Shown: one piece after another, positions 1-12,316 of the stretch
Layout: each line of letters starts with the position of its first letter
Numbering within the stretch: the first letter of the stretch is position 1
Source: Paragordius varius
Lineage: Eukaryota > Animalia > Nematomorpha
Direction: 5' to 3'
DNA length: 64,000 bases
Assembly: GCA_964247055.1 (NCBI GenBank)
Contig: OZ176054.1
Coordinates: forward strand, 10,788,001-10,852,000
Notes under the pieces: generated by a model
What the model saw: the letters and a program-made list of their open reading frames with translations, nothing else
Told to the model about the DNA's origin: nothing
Databases searched by the model: none
Translations under genes and position numbers: made by a program

Positions 1-860
1 TAAATGATTATTTGCGCTATAAAAATTATAAATGTATGCTAAATTTTGATATCAACTAAAAAAGGTTTATTTTTTTCAAAATTTTTATGAAGCGTCAAAT
101 ATTTACTTAAGACGCTCTAAGATATTATAAAACCACTTTACGCATATGATATGATGCTAGACAATTCTGATGCTTCAAAATTTAATTTTAAGGTTCATGT
201 GCCTTCAAGTTTTGTGAATGATAATAAAACACAATTCATATTTAACAAAAATTTCAAGCCGAACGAATATTTTATCCAAATATGAAGTTATGGAATCGTT
301 TAGAATATGCGAATTGGATGATAAGTTTTTATAATATCTTAAAGCGTTTTTATACCGTTTACACCATTCTTAGAAATAGTATATATGCTACAACAAATGT
401 TTTCTCAAAATTTTATTTTTAAGCCAGGTGTAAATTTTTAAAACTGTTTTTAGTTGATACCAAATTATGCAGATATTTAAATTTTTTATCGCGCGGTCTC
501 GGCATTTGTGCGTTTATTTTAACATGACTAGCCCATTTTAGATGAGAATTCGGGTGTTCCGGAGCCCACATTTAAAAAATAATGTTTTGCTTTTATAAGT
601 GACTATAATATATTTTAGTAATATTTTCGAATAAAGCATTTAGTTTATATCAAAATTTTTTAATAAAATGTGCGGAATTTTCCCCATTTTAAGCACTTAT
701 ATAAAAGTGTAAATAATACTCCCTTAAATAACTCTTAAGGGTAAAAACCAACAGCACCATGATGATTCTGATACATTTTCATTCAGAATGTATATATTTA
801 ATCAGTATATATTATTCACAACACTGTTTGCATTCGACTTTCAATACATATTATATTTAG

Positions 861-3800
861 AATGTAAAAAATGCAGCATATGTGGTACAATAGACGCCAA
901 TTGTGATACCTTTGGTAACTGCCAATGCAAAGTAGGTTACCGAGGAGATCGTTGTCAAATCCGTAATTTCTTATATTATCCCAATATCAAAACGATAAAA
1001 ATGAAATATATTGGTCCGATTACGAATATTAAGTTTATTTTTTTTATAAAAATTTAATATTGTAGGGGTCACGGGGAAAATGGTTAGCGTTATTTACCAG
1101 TTTGGACACAATTGTAATCAAACATTTTGAAAAATAAGTACTAATATTTGGTGAATTTATGGCTAAAAGTGGATCTTAGTCCTCGCATTTTAGCCATGTC
1201 CCGCCCGAAAAATAAACAGTCCATTATATAAACAACGCAATAAAATAATAAATTATTATGTACCTTAAAAATTGCTGAACACCTATGCTCCATCAATCAG
1301 CTAATTTAGATTGAAGTTTATGATTATATAAAGAAGTTAATCACTTTTATCTTGTGAAATCGGGAAAACCTACAAGGAAAAGCAATCAAAAATAAATCCC
1401 ACTGATTAATATATTTTTTTTATATGAAGCTAAATAAGGCGGGATATAATAGCAAACAGGACCTATAGAGTTGCGTGTGGAATACCAGAGTTTGAAACTG
1501 CACAATTTTTGAATATTATATGGTCAGCCCTGGTCGGGATGATTGTTTAATTATCTCAAGTCCTGATACCATTTTAGTCCTTTTCTGCAATAAAAAGGGT
1601 GAAAGGGTTTTCATAAGCTTTTTTATTGAAAAAAGTTAAAGCTTGAAAATGTAAAATAACAAAAGAGCTCAAAGGGTTAAAACGTTTCAAATCTTGTTTT
1701 ATTTAAGCAATTATGGTTAATAAAGTTTCAAATATTTTTCACTATGCCTATATATAGCCCACTGTTTGTCGTAAAATTGTTTACTTAATTTTCAACCACA
1801 TAACTGGCGTATCCATAATGGGTGAGGAGCTATATCGAAAAAGTAACTCGACTATATTCACGGCGATCGAAATGATACAAAATGTTATAATATCATTTTT
1901 AGTTTTCTCTTGGCTAAAAGTCGGCATTTTAAATTTATATATACACATATATGTTAGCCTGTCACTGTATTCGAAATCATTCCCTTAATGAATATGATTG
2001 GTGTGGACCTCTTGGGTATTGCCGCTGTAAAACCGGATTTTATGGTAGATTCTGTCACAAAGATTGCCTGTGTCAAAAGAATTCCGTTAGTCATAGATGT
2101 GACCATAATGGACATTGTCTTTGTGCGTTTGGTTACACTGGCAAAGATTGCAGACAAAGTAATTAAATATATCACTTTAAGCTTTTTTGGATTATAAAAT
2201 AACTAATGATAGCGTGTTAAATTTTAATATACATTAGATTTAAATTAAAGAATTTTTGGAAAAACTCACCAACTTTGAAATCCGGTAAAGTTTTTTCTTA
2301 GAGAACTAATAAAGGCTTTTAAATCGAAAAAAATGGCGGTTAAGCGCCTTATAAGAAAAAAATCCAAAACATTAGATAAACATGTATTATGGCTGTGATG
2401 TTTTTAGCTAAAATGCAATTGGTTTAATTTTTTCCATATGTATTAATATATAATAAATATAAAAAATATAAAATTAAAAAAATTTTCAATGCGAAAAATT
2501 TTTGCCTAGACAATAAATTATAGTTGCTGGCTTTTAACACTTCGATTCAAATTGGGGTATTTAAATACCCCAGGCTAAAATTGAGTTAGAATTTTTAAAA
2601 AACAACTGAAGGAAATGGTCCCAATTTAAATTTATGCTTCTATCCAAGTAAAAATTATATTTGTGTTGATCATAATTCCGAAAACTATCAGGATATAAAC
2701 TCCCTTTGGAACGCTATACATACAATCTGCAGAGACACAGCCGACGAATTCATTCAGCCTCTCAAACGTACTAAACAAAAAATAAAATTGTCAACCAAAT
2801 GTCTCGAGATCGCAGAAAAACGTAGAGAATCCAAAATCAAATGCAAATGGGATGAATACAAACAACTAAACAGTGAATTTCAGAAGAGTGCAAGAGAGGA
2901 CAAAAATAAGTATTATGACCAACTATGTGAAAAATTAGAAACAGACGCCAAAAATAACCGAAACCTTTTTGCCCATGCAAACAATATTATTCCACACAAA
3001 AAAGTTTTTTACAAGGGACTTATGAGAAACGACAACAACTCAATCGTCACTGAAAAAGACGAAATTCGCAAACTATGGCATAAACACATAAGCAAACTAT
3101 ACAATGTAAATAACCCCCCGACTATTAACGAACTTACTCAACAAAAAGAACCACCTATTATGAAAGAAGAAGTGGAACTCGCGATAAAACACTCTAGCAC
3201 CGGCAAATCAGAGGGCCACAGAGACATCCCTACTGAAATAATAAAATATATTCCAGATATACTTACCAAATTATTTCAAACCATATTTGAGATGGAAAAA
3301 ATTCCTGAGGATTGGTGCACATCCATTATGATTCCGATTTTAAAAAATGGTAACCCAGAACTGTGCGACAACTATGGCACCATAGCGCTCATAAACCAGG
3401 TGTCCAAAGTTTTCCTAAAAATAATACAGTTTCGACTAAATACCATTCTTGACCCCGAGATAACCACAATTCAGGCTGGTTTTAGAAAAGGTAGAGGATG
3501 CCGAGATATGATATGTAATATGAGGTGGATAATCGAGAAACACATCGAATTTAACAAAGAATTGCATATGTGCTTTGTCGATTTTTCCAAAGCATTTGAT
3601 TCCATCCAGCACAAAAAACTACGGAAAGCTCTAAAACAACTTGGAGTGTCAACACATCTAATCAACGTCATATTCTCAATTAACTTAAAATCCACGGCTG
3701 TAATATCTACACCTCACGGTATATCTGACTCATGTAAGGTACAAGTCGGCCTCCGTCAAGGATGCGTTTTATCACCAATTCTTTTTAACGCATACCTAGA

Positions 3801-6800
3801 GTGCATAATAAGAAACATCCCACAAACTTATGGCATTAATGTAGGTGGAAACCTACTTACATCCGTTCACTACGCGAATGATACAGTCTTTTTTTAGACA
3901 GTGTAGACACATTATCGCAAGCATTGCAAGTGTTTACAACCGAATGCAATAAATTTGGATTATATATCAATTTCAAAAAAACCAAAGTCATGCAAATAAA
4001 TCCGGTCAAACCAATCCAATAATCCTCAACGGCAACCAGATCGAAACAGTAAACAGCTACACGTACTTATATAGCATTATTAACAGTGAGAACAACTCTA
4101 CGCCAGAAATAAAGCGAAGAATTCCTATTGCTAAAGCAGTAACTTTTTTTTAAAATATAACAGTATTTGGATGTCGCATGACATTAAACTACAAATATGC
4201 CAAAATATCCAAATAAAATTTTGTTTTGAAAAAAAAATTCCATGTCAAACTACTTCGACGTCATTTTTATTTTACAAAATTTTTGCAAAATATCATCTTC
4301 ATTTAATTTTAAGGATAAAATTATAGCTAATTTTCTCATTGATAGAAATGGAAAAAGCTGTTTATTTGTATTTTTTTTAATTTTACTATTGCACGCATGT
4401 CACGTTGACTAATTTTTACCTTTCGGTTTAAGCTTAAAATATGTTTTGAATAAAATTTTTTATATATTTCGGTTTATTAATGTTATATAAGTGCAAGATT
4501 TTGCCATGGTTTCGATTCCTTCCATTTTTTTATAGAATTTAATTTACAGGCCTGGGGTATTTAACTACCCCAATTTGAATCTAAGGACTAAAATGAATGT
4601 GTTGTATCCAAGTGTTAATATCAAAATTATATATGCATTTGCACCCTAACATGCCTTTTATCATCTAATTCGAAGAATTAGTATATATACAAAAGTTTTA
4701 TTCTAATTTAACTGAGTTAATAAAAAAAAGTTGCAGCTAAATAGCGGTATTCATATTTTTAGATTTTGCATTATATCTTAATATGGCACTTGACCCCATT
4801 TTTTAAGTTCATTATTGACTCTTAAAATAGAACCTTATGAATTATATATGGTATCCAGATCGGACACGCTATGAGATATTATAGCTTAAAAAACCTCACA
4901 TTTATCAAATTATCTTTTTTGCGGAACTATTTGAAAGAAGTTTATCATTTAAAAAGTTTAGCTATTTTAATTTACAATGTAGATATTAGGTAAAGTTTTC
5001 AAAACATTTGACTATTACAGAATTTCGAGCAATAGAACTATGTGACCCCCAAATATTCAAAAATTCAGAGTTGTTGAGATTTTTCACAAGAATTACCAAA
5101 ACTTTATTTCCTTTACTCAAATCAATACATTATCTATATTTGCTCTTTATAATTGTAAAATTCTAGTTTGTACATGCATTAACAACTCATGCGATTCGTT
5201 TGGGCAATGTGCCAATTCAGGTATTATATTTCAGTTCATACGTAGAAAATAGTAAACACTTAAATTGGGGTATTAAAATACCTCAGACTATATTTAAGTT
5301 GAATAAAAAATACTGAAAAAAACGGTTCTAATTTAACTAATAAAAATTAATTAATAAGTCGATATATTTAAATAAAATTTAGTTTTGAAAAATTCCATAT
5401 CAAACTACCTCGACGCCATTTTTATTTCACAAAGTTTTTGCAAAATATGGTGTATTTAAATTTAAAACTAAAATTAAAGCTAATTATTTTTTAAATCACA
5501 ACTCACATTGATAGAAACAGAAAAAATGGTTTATTATGTATTATTATTAAATTTAGCCACTGCACACATGTCATGATGGCTAAATTTTTACCTTTACGTT
5601 TTACTACAAAATAATAATTTCAAGAATTTATGAAAGAATTCTTTTTATATTTAGGTTTAATGTTATTTAAGAGAAAAATTTTGCCATGGTTTCAACTCAT
5701 TCCCTATTTTTTCAACTATTTAGTTTTAAATAGGCTTGGGATAACCAACCCATTTTGAATCGAAGGACTTAAATGAATGTGTTGTATTCAAGTGTTAATC
5801 GCTGTGGTTATTTTTGGCATAAGATTAAAACCCAAAAAATTAAATATTATAAGTGCATGCATACTTTTTTAAATGCTGAGTACAATCGCTCTTTACCTAG
5901 TAGTTTTTATATAATATAATATAATATTTTATATAGTTTAAAAGTTTAATGCGATACAAAAAATTCAAATATAAGGTTATTATTGTATAATTCTATAATG
6001 CAAAACTCACAGATTAATATTAAGCGACCAAAATCTTTACACAGTTAATTCTTTAATTCTGAAGGAATTGGATTTAAGGTTAATACATGTATTCTTGTTA
6101 TATGGTAAAATAAATCTCGAATTTTGCAGGGCTTTGTTATCTTGTGTGATTGATAAAATACCAACAAACAATCAAACACTAATATTGCCTAACTAAAATA
6201 GGCGGAAAAGGAAATTTTTAAGCAGGAATTGGAATTTTAACATTTCAAATAATTTGATTTTTTAAATACTGACAATATTTTTTGTTTTTAGAAAAATGCG
6301 CTTTGGTGGCATCTTTCATAACTTGAATTTACAAGACTTTTGTTAATATTTTATCAGAGATATATATAGGGTCATTGCGTCAATACATATATTTAACACC
6401 ACTAATGCTAATTTTATCATAAATAAGTCCAAATTCTTAAAAAAATTTATAGACCTATTTTCAGTTTTTTCTGCCGTAGAAAGAAATTGTGGTTATCAAT
6501 ATGACCATCAATTTGAGCTCGATCCTGATTTCTACTTACGTCCATCAATTCAGAATACACCCAGTAGATATGTTATTATCCCGTGGTAATTATAAATTTC
6601 GAAATTTAAATAATGACAATAATAATACTTATTTTATAATACCGAAAAAATTTCCTCTTTGAAATCCTTTCATTTACAATTATATTTTGAAAATCGAGAC
6701 GGACAAGGTCCAAAAACTCAATGGTTGTTTACTACAATCATTAAAAATCTGTAATCTTATCTCACAAACTATTGAAGATAATTGTTTTAATGCTCTAAAA

Positions 6801-9717
6801 TAACTTATTCTATCTATTATATGCTAAAATTTATCGATCATAAAATGTAGTTAGATTTTTAATCAACACTTATTAATAAATTTAAAAAAAATAAGATATT
6901 ATATCATTTCTATTCTAATATATATTTTATCGACCATATTAAACTATTCTAATTTATAAAATTAAATGAAATTATAAATAGAAATTATAAACGATATGTG
7001 AAATCCTTCGTCAATAGTAATCGCAGACTAGTTTCGTGCTTGTTAGCACTCATCAGTACGACACAACTATTTGACTTGGAGTTTTCACATATCGATTTCG
7101 TATATATATCCAACTTTGCAATTTTGGTATAAATGCAGTTGGTTATACGAATTTAAATTAAATTTAATGTAATTTATGAAAATTAAACTGAAAATTTGAA
7201 AGTAAACTGAAAATTAACTCTAGGGGTGAGCCTAGATTTCATTACAATATTCTAATTTATGTTGAAGAGTATAAAATGAAATATTCCAATTAAAAAAAGA
7301 AATGTAACGTTTTTAACATTTTATATTGATTGTAATACCACTAAGAGGCCTTATAACTCATATTTTCCAATTCATTATCATCGATATTATTTTTTTACTT
7401 TAAAATTTAAGCCCGAATCAGGAAAAAGTTTATCTAAATAAAAAGTCATGATTAGCAGGAGAGGGTTTAATGCGGGGATTATTCCCTCAGGTAGTTTTTT
7501 TGTATTTTAAGGATGGTTCGTTTAATCAAAGATCAAGTCCAATGTTCTGGAATACTGATTTCAAGCATGTGGGTTCTTACGCTACGACGTTGCTTTATCT
7601 CACAAAATGATTTAGATGTTAGAATCGTAACAGGTGACGTGTTTGGTCAACATTGGGATCACAGTGAACATATCTATGGGATCTCAAAAATTAAATTTTT
7701 TTCTGTCGGTAAAAAGCTCTTAAATAATTACTGTTTTATTGCAAATTAAAATTTTGTCCTAAATATATGACAAATTTATTTTTAAAAAAATAATTAAATT
7801 ACAGAAGAACCATATACTGGAGCCTTTCCAAGTCGCTTGGCGTTAATAAAGATAGCTAATCAAACTTCTAATGAATCAGCAAGTATATATAGTAGTTTTG
7901 TTCAGCCTATTTGTTTGCCAGACGCCAAAGTTAACGTTTCTGTCACCGAAAAAAACGATACATATTTGTTAAGTTGGTCTACGTCAAGTATAATTAAATT
8001 CTCAAGTCAATTTAATCATAGATATTAAAATTATATATTAATTTTTTTTATACACAAGACATTTTGGTGGGTTTTTTTGAAAAATAAAATTAAGGTAGTA
8101 TGCATAGTACTGTTTTGAAAGTGTTTTGGTTAAAAGTTAAATTGTTTAATCCACTTCTCCTATATTAGATGAAAAAACTTAAAATTTTTACATTTAATTT
8201 CTATGGTTCTGAATTTGGAAAGCCCCAATTTCTGATAGAAAACAGGCAATACTAAATTCATAAACATAAAAAATTTGCTGGTTAGTTGTAATTTGAAAGC
8301 TTTCATTAATTTTAATATTTTTTAACCACCTGTTGTTTTAAAAATGTATAAAAATGGCGGCGATAAAGTTGGAGATAAACTTCACAAAAATACATTTTTA
8401 AAAAAGGTTTACGTGCGCTTAAATATTTTTTGGCGCGAATTATGGAAACTAGAACCGTTTTTTCTTTTAGTGGTTGCAAGTTTGTTTAATGTCTTTTGTT
8501 GCAAAGCGCACATAATTATATTGCCCAAGTTTAAATTAATGGATTTCCTTTTGAAGAGTCTTATAAAAAGTTTTTGGTTTCGGATCCGTTTTAGGGGTGC
8601 AGAATCTCATTTTTTGGAATCGGGAAAAGTCAATGCTAAATTGATAAATATTAAATAGTGTTAATGATGAAAGATAACGTTTTGGTTAACAAAAATTTAA
8701 TTCTGCCAATCAAATGGGTGTAAACAAATTCAAAAAGCATATGATATTTTATCTGATAAAATTAATTTTTATAACTCAATCAATATAATATTAGATAATA
8801 ATTTTAAAACGTCAAAAATCGCTCAAATGACTCCATATACCATATTGACTCAGGAAGATTGCCCATATCTTGAGATGTATGCGCGAAATCATGTCATATG
8901 CGCAAAACCGTTAGTTCGGCCTTCAAGTTGTATTCAAGAGGATGGAAGTGCCCTGGTCAAAAAAATTAATGGTGATTACCTAACTTTTAGTTTCAATATA
9001 TATAAGCGCTCCATTCATGTTTTTAAATAAAAAAGTTGACTATCAAACGCCATATAAGCAACGAAACTACAGAAAATCCATATGAGCTAACAATTTATTA
9101 CTAGTTTTTTGGCTTTAACTTTTTATTATCATAATATAGAATATATTATGAACTTCCTTATCTTTAAAGTTTTATCCATCTTAAATATGCATTGCATTTA
9201 CAGTTTCAAAATATTTTTTATATGATAAACCAATTGAAAATAAAATCCGCCAAATTTTGTTAATTTTTTGATTCACTGTTAAAAAAGTTTCAATGTTTAT
9301 TGTGTGTTATTGGATGTTTAGCATACAAACACATATTAATACGAATTTAAAAACGTCACTATCTATTTTTATAATCTTAATACAAACTTTTAACTAATAC
9401 AGTAGTGTAAATTAATAAAATAACTTTGAATCAATGATAATGCCCTTTCCTGTGCATGCTATCAGGCAATAATTAATGAAAATTTATATCTATATTAACT
9501 CATAGTGTAAATTTGATTGGCCTCAACCTATAAAAGCCGCAAAAATTTACGCGGTAGAAACCTCTCGAATTATAATTTTGTTGTATTCATTTTTTATTAA
9601 ATTTTGATAGGTGTTTATACTTTGATTGGTATGTGGGTTGATGGACAATGTACATCCTATTTTATCAATGTTCGTCACTATACATTCTGGATTTACAATA
9701 CAATATTTATGGAATAA
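861..9717 (+). CDS. EGF/laminin-EGF-like repeat protein with C-terminal inactive trypsin-like serine protease homolog domain (5' end unresolved)
   Basis: Phase-compatible GT-AG exons: 861-962, 1958-2158, 5167-5220, 6480-6585, 7512-7708, 7805-7987, 8795-8971, 9611-9717 (stop). The first exons encode CxC..C....CxC..G[YF]xG..C repeats. The later exons give PWMVRL..CSGILISSMWVLTLRRC, SRLALIKI, FVQPICLP, CIQEDGSAL and GVYTLIGMW..VRHYTFWI, colinear with the S1A trypsin fold. An in-frame ATG at 788 with a hydrophobic stretch could be the start, or upstream exons may exist. Confidence 0.85.
2538..4614 (+). mobile_element. piggyBac-like non-autonomous element (family PB-MITE, ~550-580 bp) carrying a 1.5-kb RTE insert
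   Basis: TTAA at 2534-2537 and 4615-4618, CACTT..AAGTG termini, and subterminal inverted repeats CGATTCAAATTGGGGTA. The flanks 2538-2660 and 4193-4614 join to reproduce the uninterrupted copy at 23198-23773. Confidence 0.85.
2661..4192 (+). mobile_element. RTE-clade (BovB-like) non-LTR retrotransposon fragment, reverse transcriptase region, inactive
   Basis: ORF 2788-3897 contains QAGFRKGRGCRD, CFVDFSKAFDSI, GLRQGCVLSPILFN and HYANDT (YADD changed to YAND). The frame is open from 2662. After frameshifts near 3890 and 4020 it continues GLYINFKKTKVM..NGNQIETV..EIKRRIPIAKA..SIWMSHDIKL. There is no endonuclease domain and no 3' tail. Confidence 0.92.
5257..5794 (+). mobile_element. PB-MITE copy (left end degraded)
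   Basis: Colinear with the 2538-4614 flanks; ends AATGAATGTGTTGTATTCAAGTG followed by TTAA. Confidence 0.8.
6992..7094 (-). ncRNA. Minimal type I hammerhead ribozyme (Penelope/retrozyme-like), intact core
   Basis: The minus strand reads UCGUA-CUGAUGA-GUGCU(AACA)AGCAC-GAAA-C(UA)G-UC^UGCGA. It has both conserved core boxes, a 5-bp stem II, a 2-bp stem III with palindromic ACUAGU, and a GUC cleavage triplet (cut between 7026 and 7025). Stem I extends to CGAUAUGUGAAA/UUUCACAUAUCG. Confidence 0.9.
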
Positions 9718-10612
9718 ATCCTACAATTTTTTTATATTGAACAACTAAATGGCTATTTAAATAAGGGAGTGTCATTAAAAAGAAAAAAATATAAATGGCT
9801 TAATATCAGCTTTTGACCAAAAAACCTTGATTAAAATATTTTCAGTGGTAGTTGGTTCAGTTATATAGAGGGAAAACATTTTAATAATTAAAGTTAACAG
9901 ATTATTAATATGATATATAATTGGCAATATTCTGCCTATTTAAAAACTTTTTAAATTAATGATAAATTATTTTTTAATCATACAATATTTTTGGAAATTT
10001 CGAATAATTTTATTTCATATTTTAATTGGAAGCCCATATTTTTATAGTAATTTTTAATTATTTGTACTTAGAATTATAAATAATTATTAAATTTTTCGAT
10101 TTTTTATATTCTAGAACTCAATTTTGTAAAAATATACTACAATTTTAATTATTTTAGTTAAAACTTAACTAACACACATGGTTCCATGTATTAGATAAAA
10201 AAACTTATATTTTTTAAAGTGTTGTGGCTTCTAGATTCTAAAATCAGGACAACTCCAAAACACGATTGAAACGGACAGCTGTTGAATATATCAGGTGCTG
10301 GTAAAATTTAGCGCTTGAAGCTTTTTAAAATTAATAATTTACGATTTCTAACCATAATACCCATTTATTTACCCGTTGCATTAATGACATTAAAATTTTT
10401 ATAATGGCGGTGTAAAAAAGTTTGCGATGAGGATTATCCTACGATTTTGCATTTTTTAAAAAAAAAGTATAATGCGTCATCTTTAAAAATTGTTATGTTT
10501 TATACAAAAATCTAACTCGTGAGATGGAAGTCTCTTGGGTAAGGTGAGAGAAGTGGATATATAGTCACTCACATCTTGAATTAAATATGAGCGAAAAAAA
10601 GCTTTAGATTGG

Positions 10613-10643
<31 letters not shown>

Positions 10644-10647
<4 letters not shown>

Positions 10648-10930
10648 ATTTACAATCAAATTCACCTTCGAACGATTCAATTTCACCCTTGAACAATTCA
10701 AATTTACCCTAAAAATAAATTATGTGTTTTTGGGTTATGAAATATATCTTTATGGCATAGTTTATTATTTTTTCAGTATTATTTTAATTTTTACAAAATT
10801 TTATTTTTTAAAAATAGAAAAAAATATAAGTAATTTTAAATCTTAAAAAACCTTAATTTATTTTAGGGTGAATTTGATGTTCGAGGTTAAATTCGAATTG
10901 TTTGAGGGTGAATATGAACTGTAAATGGTA
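10644..10930 (+). mobile_element. TA-associated MITE (family TA-MITE) with ~21-bp subterminal repeats
   Basis: Termini TACCATTTACA..TGTAAATGGTA and inverted arrays of AACAATTCAAATTCACCCTT. It abuts a (TA)n run at 10618-10645. Five related copies occur in the window. Confidence 0.8.
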
Positions 10931-11535
10931 TATATTTATAAATAAATAAAGATATTTAATGCATAAGAAATGCATAAAATATTTGTGGATCGACAATTCC
11001 ATTATTTATAATGAAGATTCCAATAATGTCAATAAACATTATATATATAGGATTAAAATATTTGATTGTAAACTTAAAGATTAAACTAAAATTATCCTAT
11101 TTAAAATTTACAGCTTTGATTTTTGAATATGCTCTATTAAAAAAAATAGTCTTTATGTTGACGGGATTTTCCAAATAAGATATATAACGTAAAATTAAAC
11201 AAATACAAAATTTTATTTTTATGATACACCTCTTCTTACTAAGTGGTTTGTTAGAATGACTATTTTATAAGGTCACCTCAGACCCGGCATAAATTATAAA
11301 AAATTTGTAAAGAATATATTTAATTCAAATAAGTATTCATGCTTTTAAAATTATCCATTGATTTTAGTCAGGTTACAAAATTAAAATACCAAAATAAAAT
11401 TTCCATTGTAAAAGATTCCTAGACCTACACACCAATATATATTGCTACTTTTTCTTTTAATTTGCCAAAAAATTTCTTTATTAATAGGACTGTAATGATT
11501 AGATTTACGAAAAATCGTATTGGTTCTATAAACAA

Positions 11536-11713
11536 TACAGTAGCGTATGGAGTAAAAGATTGTTAGTGCAAAATAGAATAAAAAATTGTTTTTTTTTAAA
11601 AAAACAAGGGGACATTATACATATGTGTATTTACAACTAGGATTGTTTTTTTCAAAAAAACATTTTTTTATTCTATTTTGCACTAACAATCTTTTACTCC
11701 ATACGCTACTGTA
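11536..11713. mobile_element. Tc1/mariner-like MITE
   Basis: Perfect ~50-bp terminal inverted repeat TA-CAGTAGCGTATGGAGTAAAAGATTGTTAGTGCAAAATAGAATAAAAAA with TA at both ends. Confidence 0.8.
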
Positions 11714-12215
11714 ATTAAAAATTGTCTTCTGAAATATAATATCTCATAGTAAAACCCCCAAAATATATAATCAACCTATATTAGTTTTTAATTGCTACAA
11801 TTATTTGTATATATAGATTATGAGTATCAAATCAAAACAAACAGGATATTAAAATATAAAATCTTATATACAAAAATACCTTTTAAGGTAAAAATAAAAA
11901 TAAGTGTGTTTACGATTTGATATCATATTTAAAGCCTTATATGATTTAAACATTAATCCTAGAATAATAGTAATCAAGTAGAAAGGGGTCAATTATTTTT
12001 GAGATAAAAGACGCCAGAAATTTTTTTTTACTTACACGGTCTTATTTTGAGGAAATAATATAAGATTTAAACAAAAAACAAAACAGGTCTAAACAGGAGT
12101 TTTTTGATGTTTTTATTATGATTGACCACTTAAGGTGTATTTTCTAGAACATTTTCAACAAAAGGTAAAAATTATCAATCAATATGATGATATCCCCTCT
12201 ATTGTTCACAAATAG

Positions 12216-12223
12216 TATAAAAA
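12216..12223 (+). promoter_or_regulatory. Candidate TATA box of the first Gly/Phe-rich peptide gene
   Basis: TATAAAAA about 100 bp upstream of ATG 12317, followed by a pyrimidine-rich leader. The genome is AT-rich, so the motif alone is weak evidence. Confidence 0.4.
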
Positions 12224-12316
12224 GCCACCTCTACCAATCAATATCTCAAATTTCTATTTTTTTACCTTGCTAAAACTCTTTTTTATAACATCTTCTCTAC
12301 CACATCTCACAACGCC

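Noticed and set aside
7456-7490. Apparent protease N-terminal exon GEGLMRGLFPQ
   Set aside because: Its donor phase is incompatible with the MVRL frame. Joining 6585 directly to 7512 gives the canonical PW-x-V-x-L motif instead.
8344-8658. 104-aa intronic ORF and most other 60-100 aa ORFs rich in F/I/K/L/N/Y
   Set aside because: Their composition matches chance ORFs in AT-rich or MITE-derived DNA, with no motifs or splice support.
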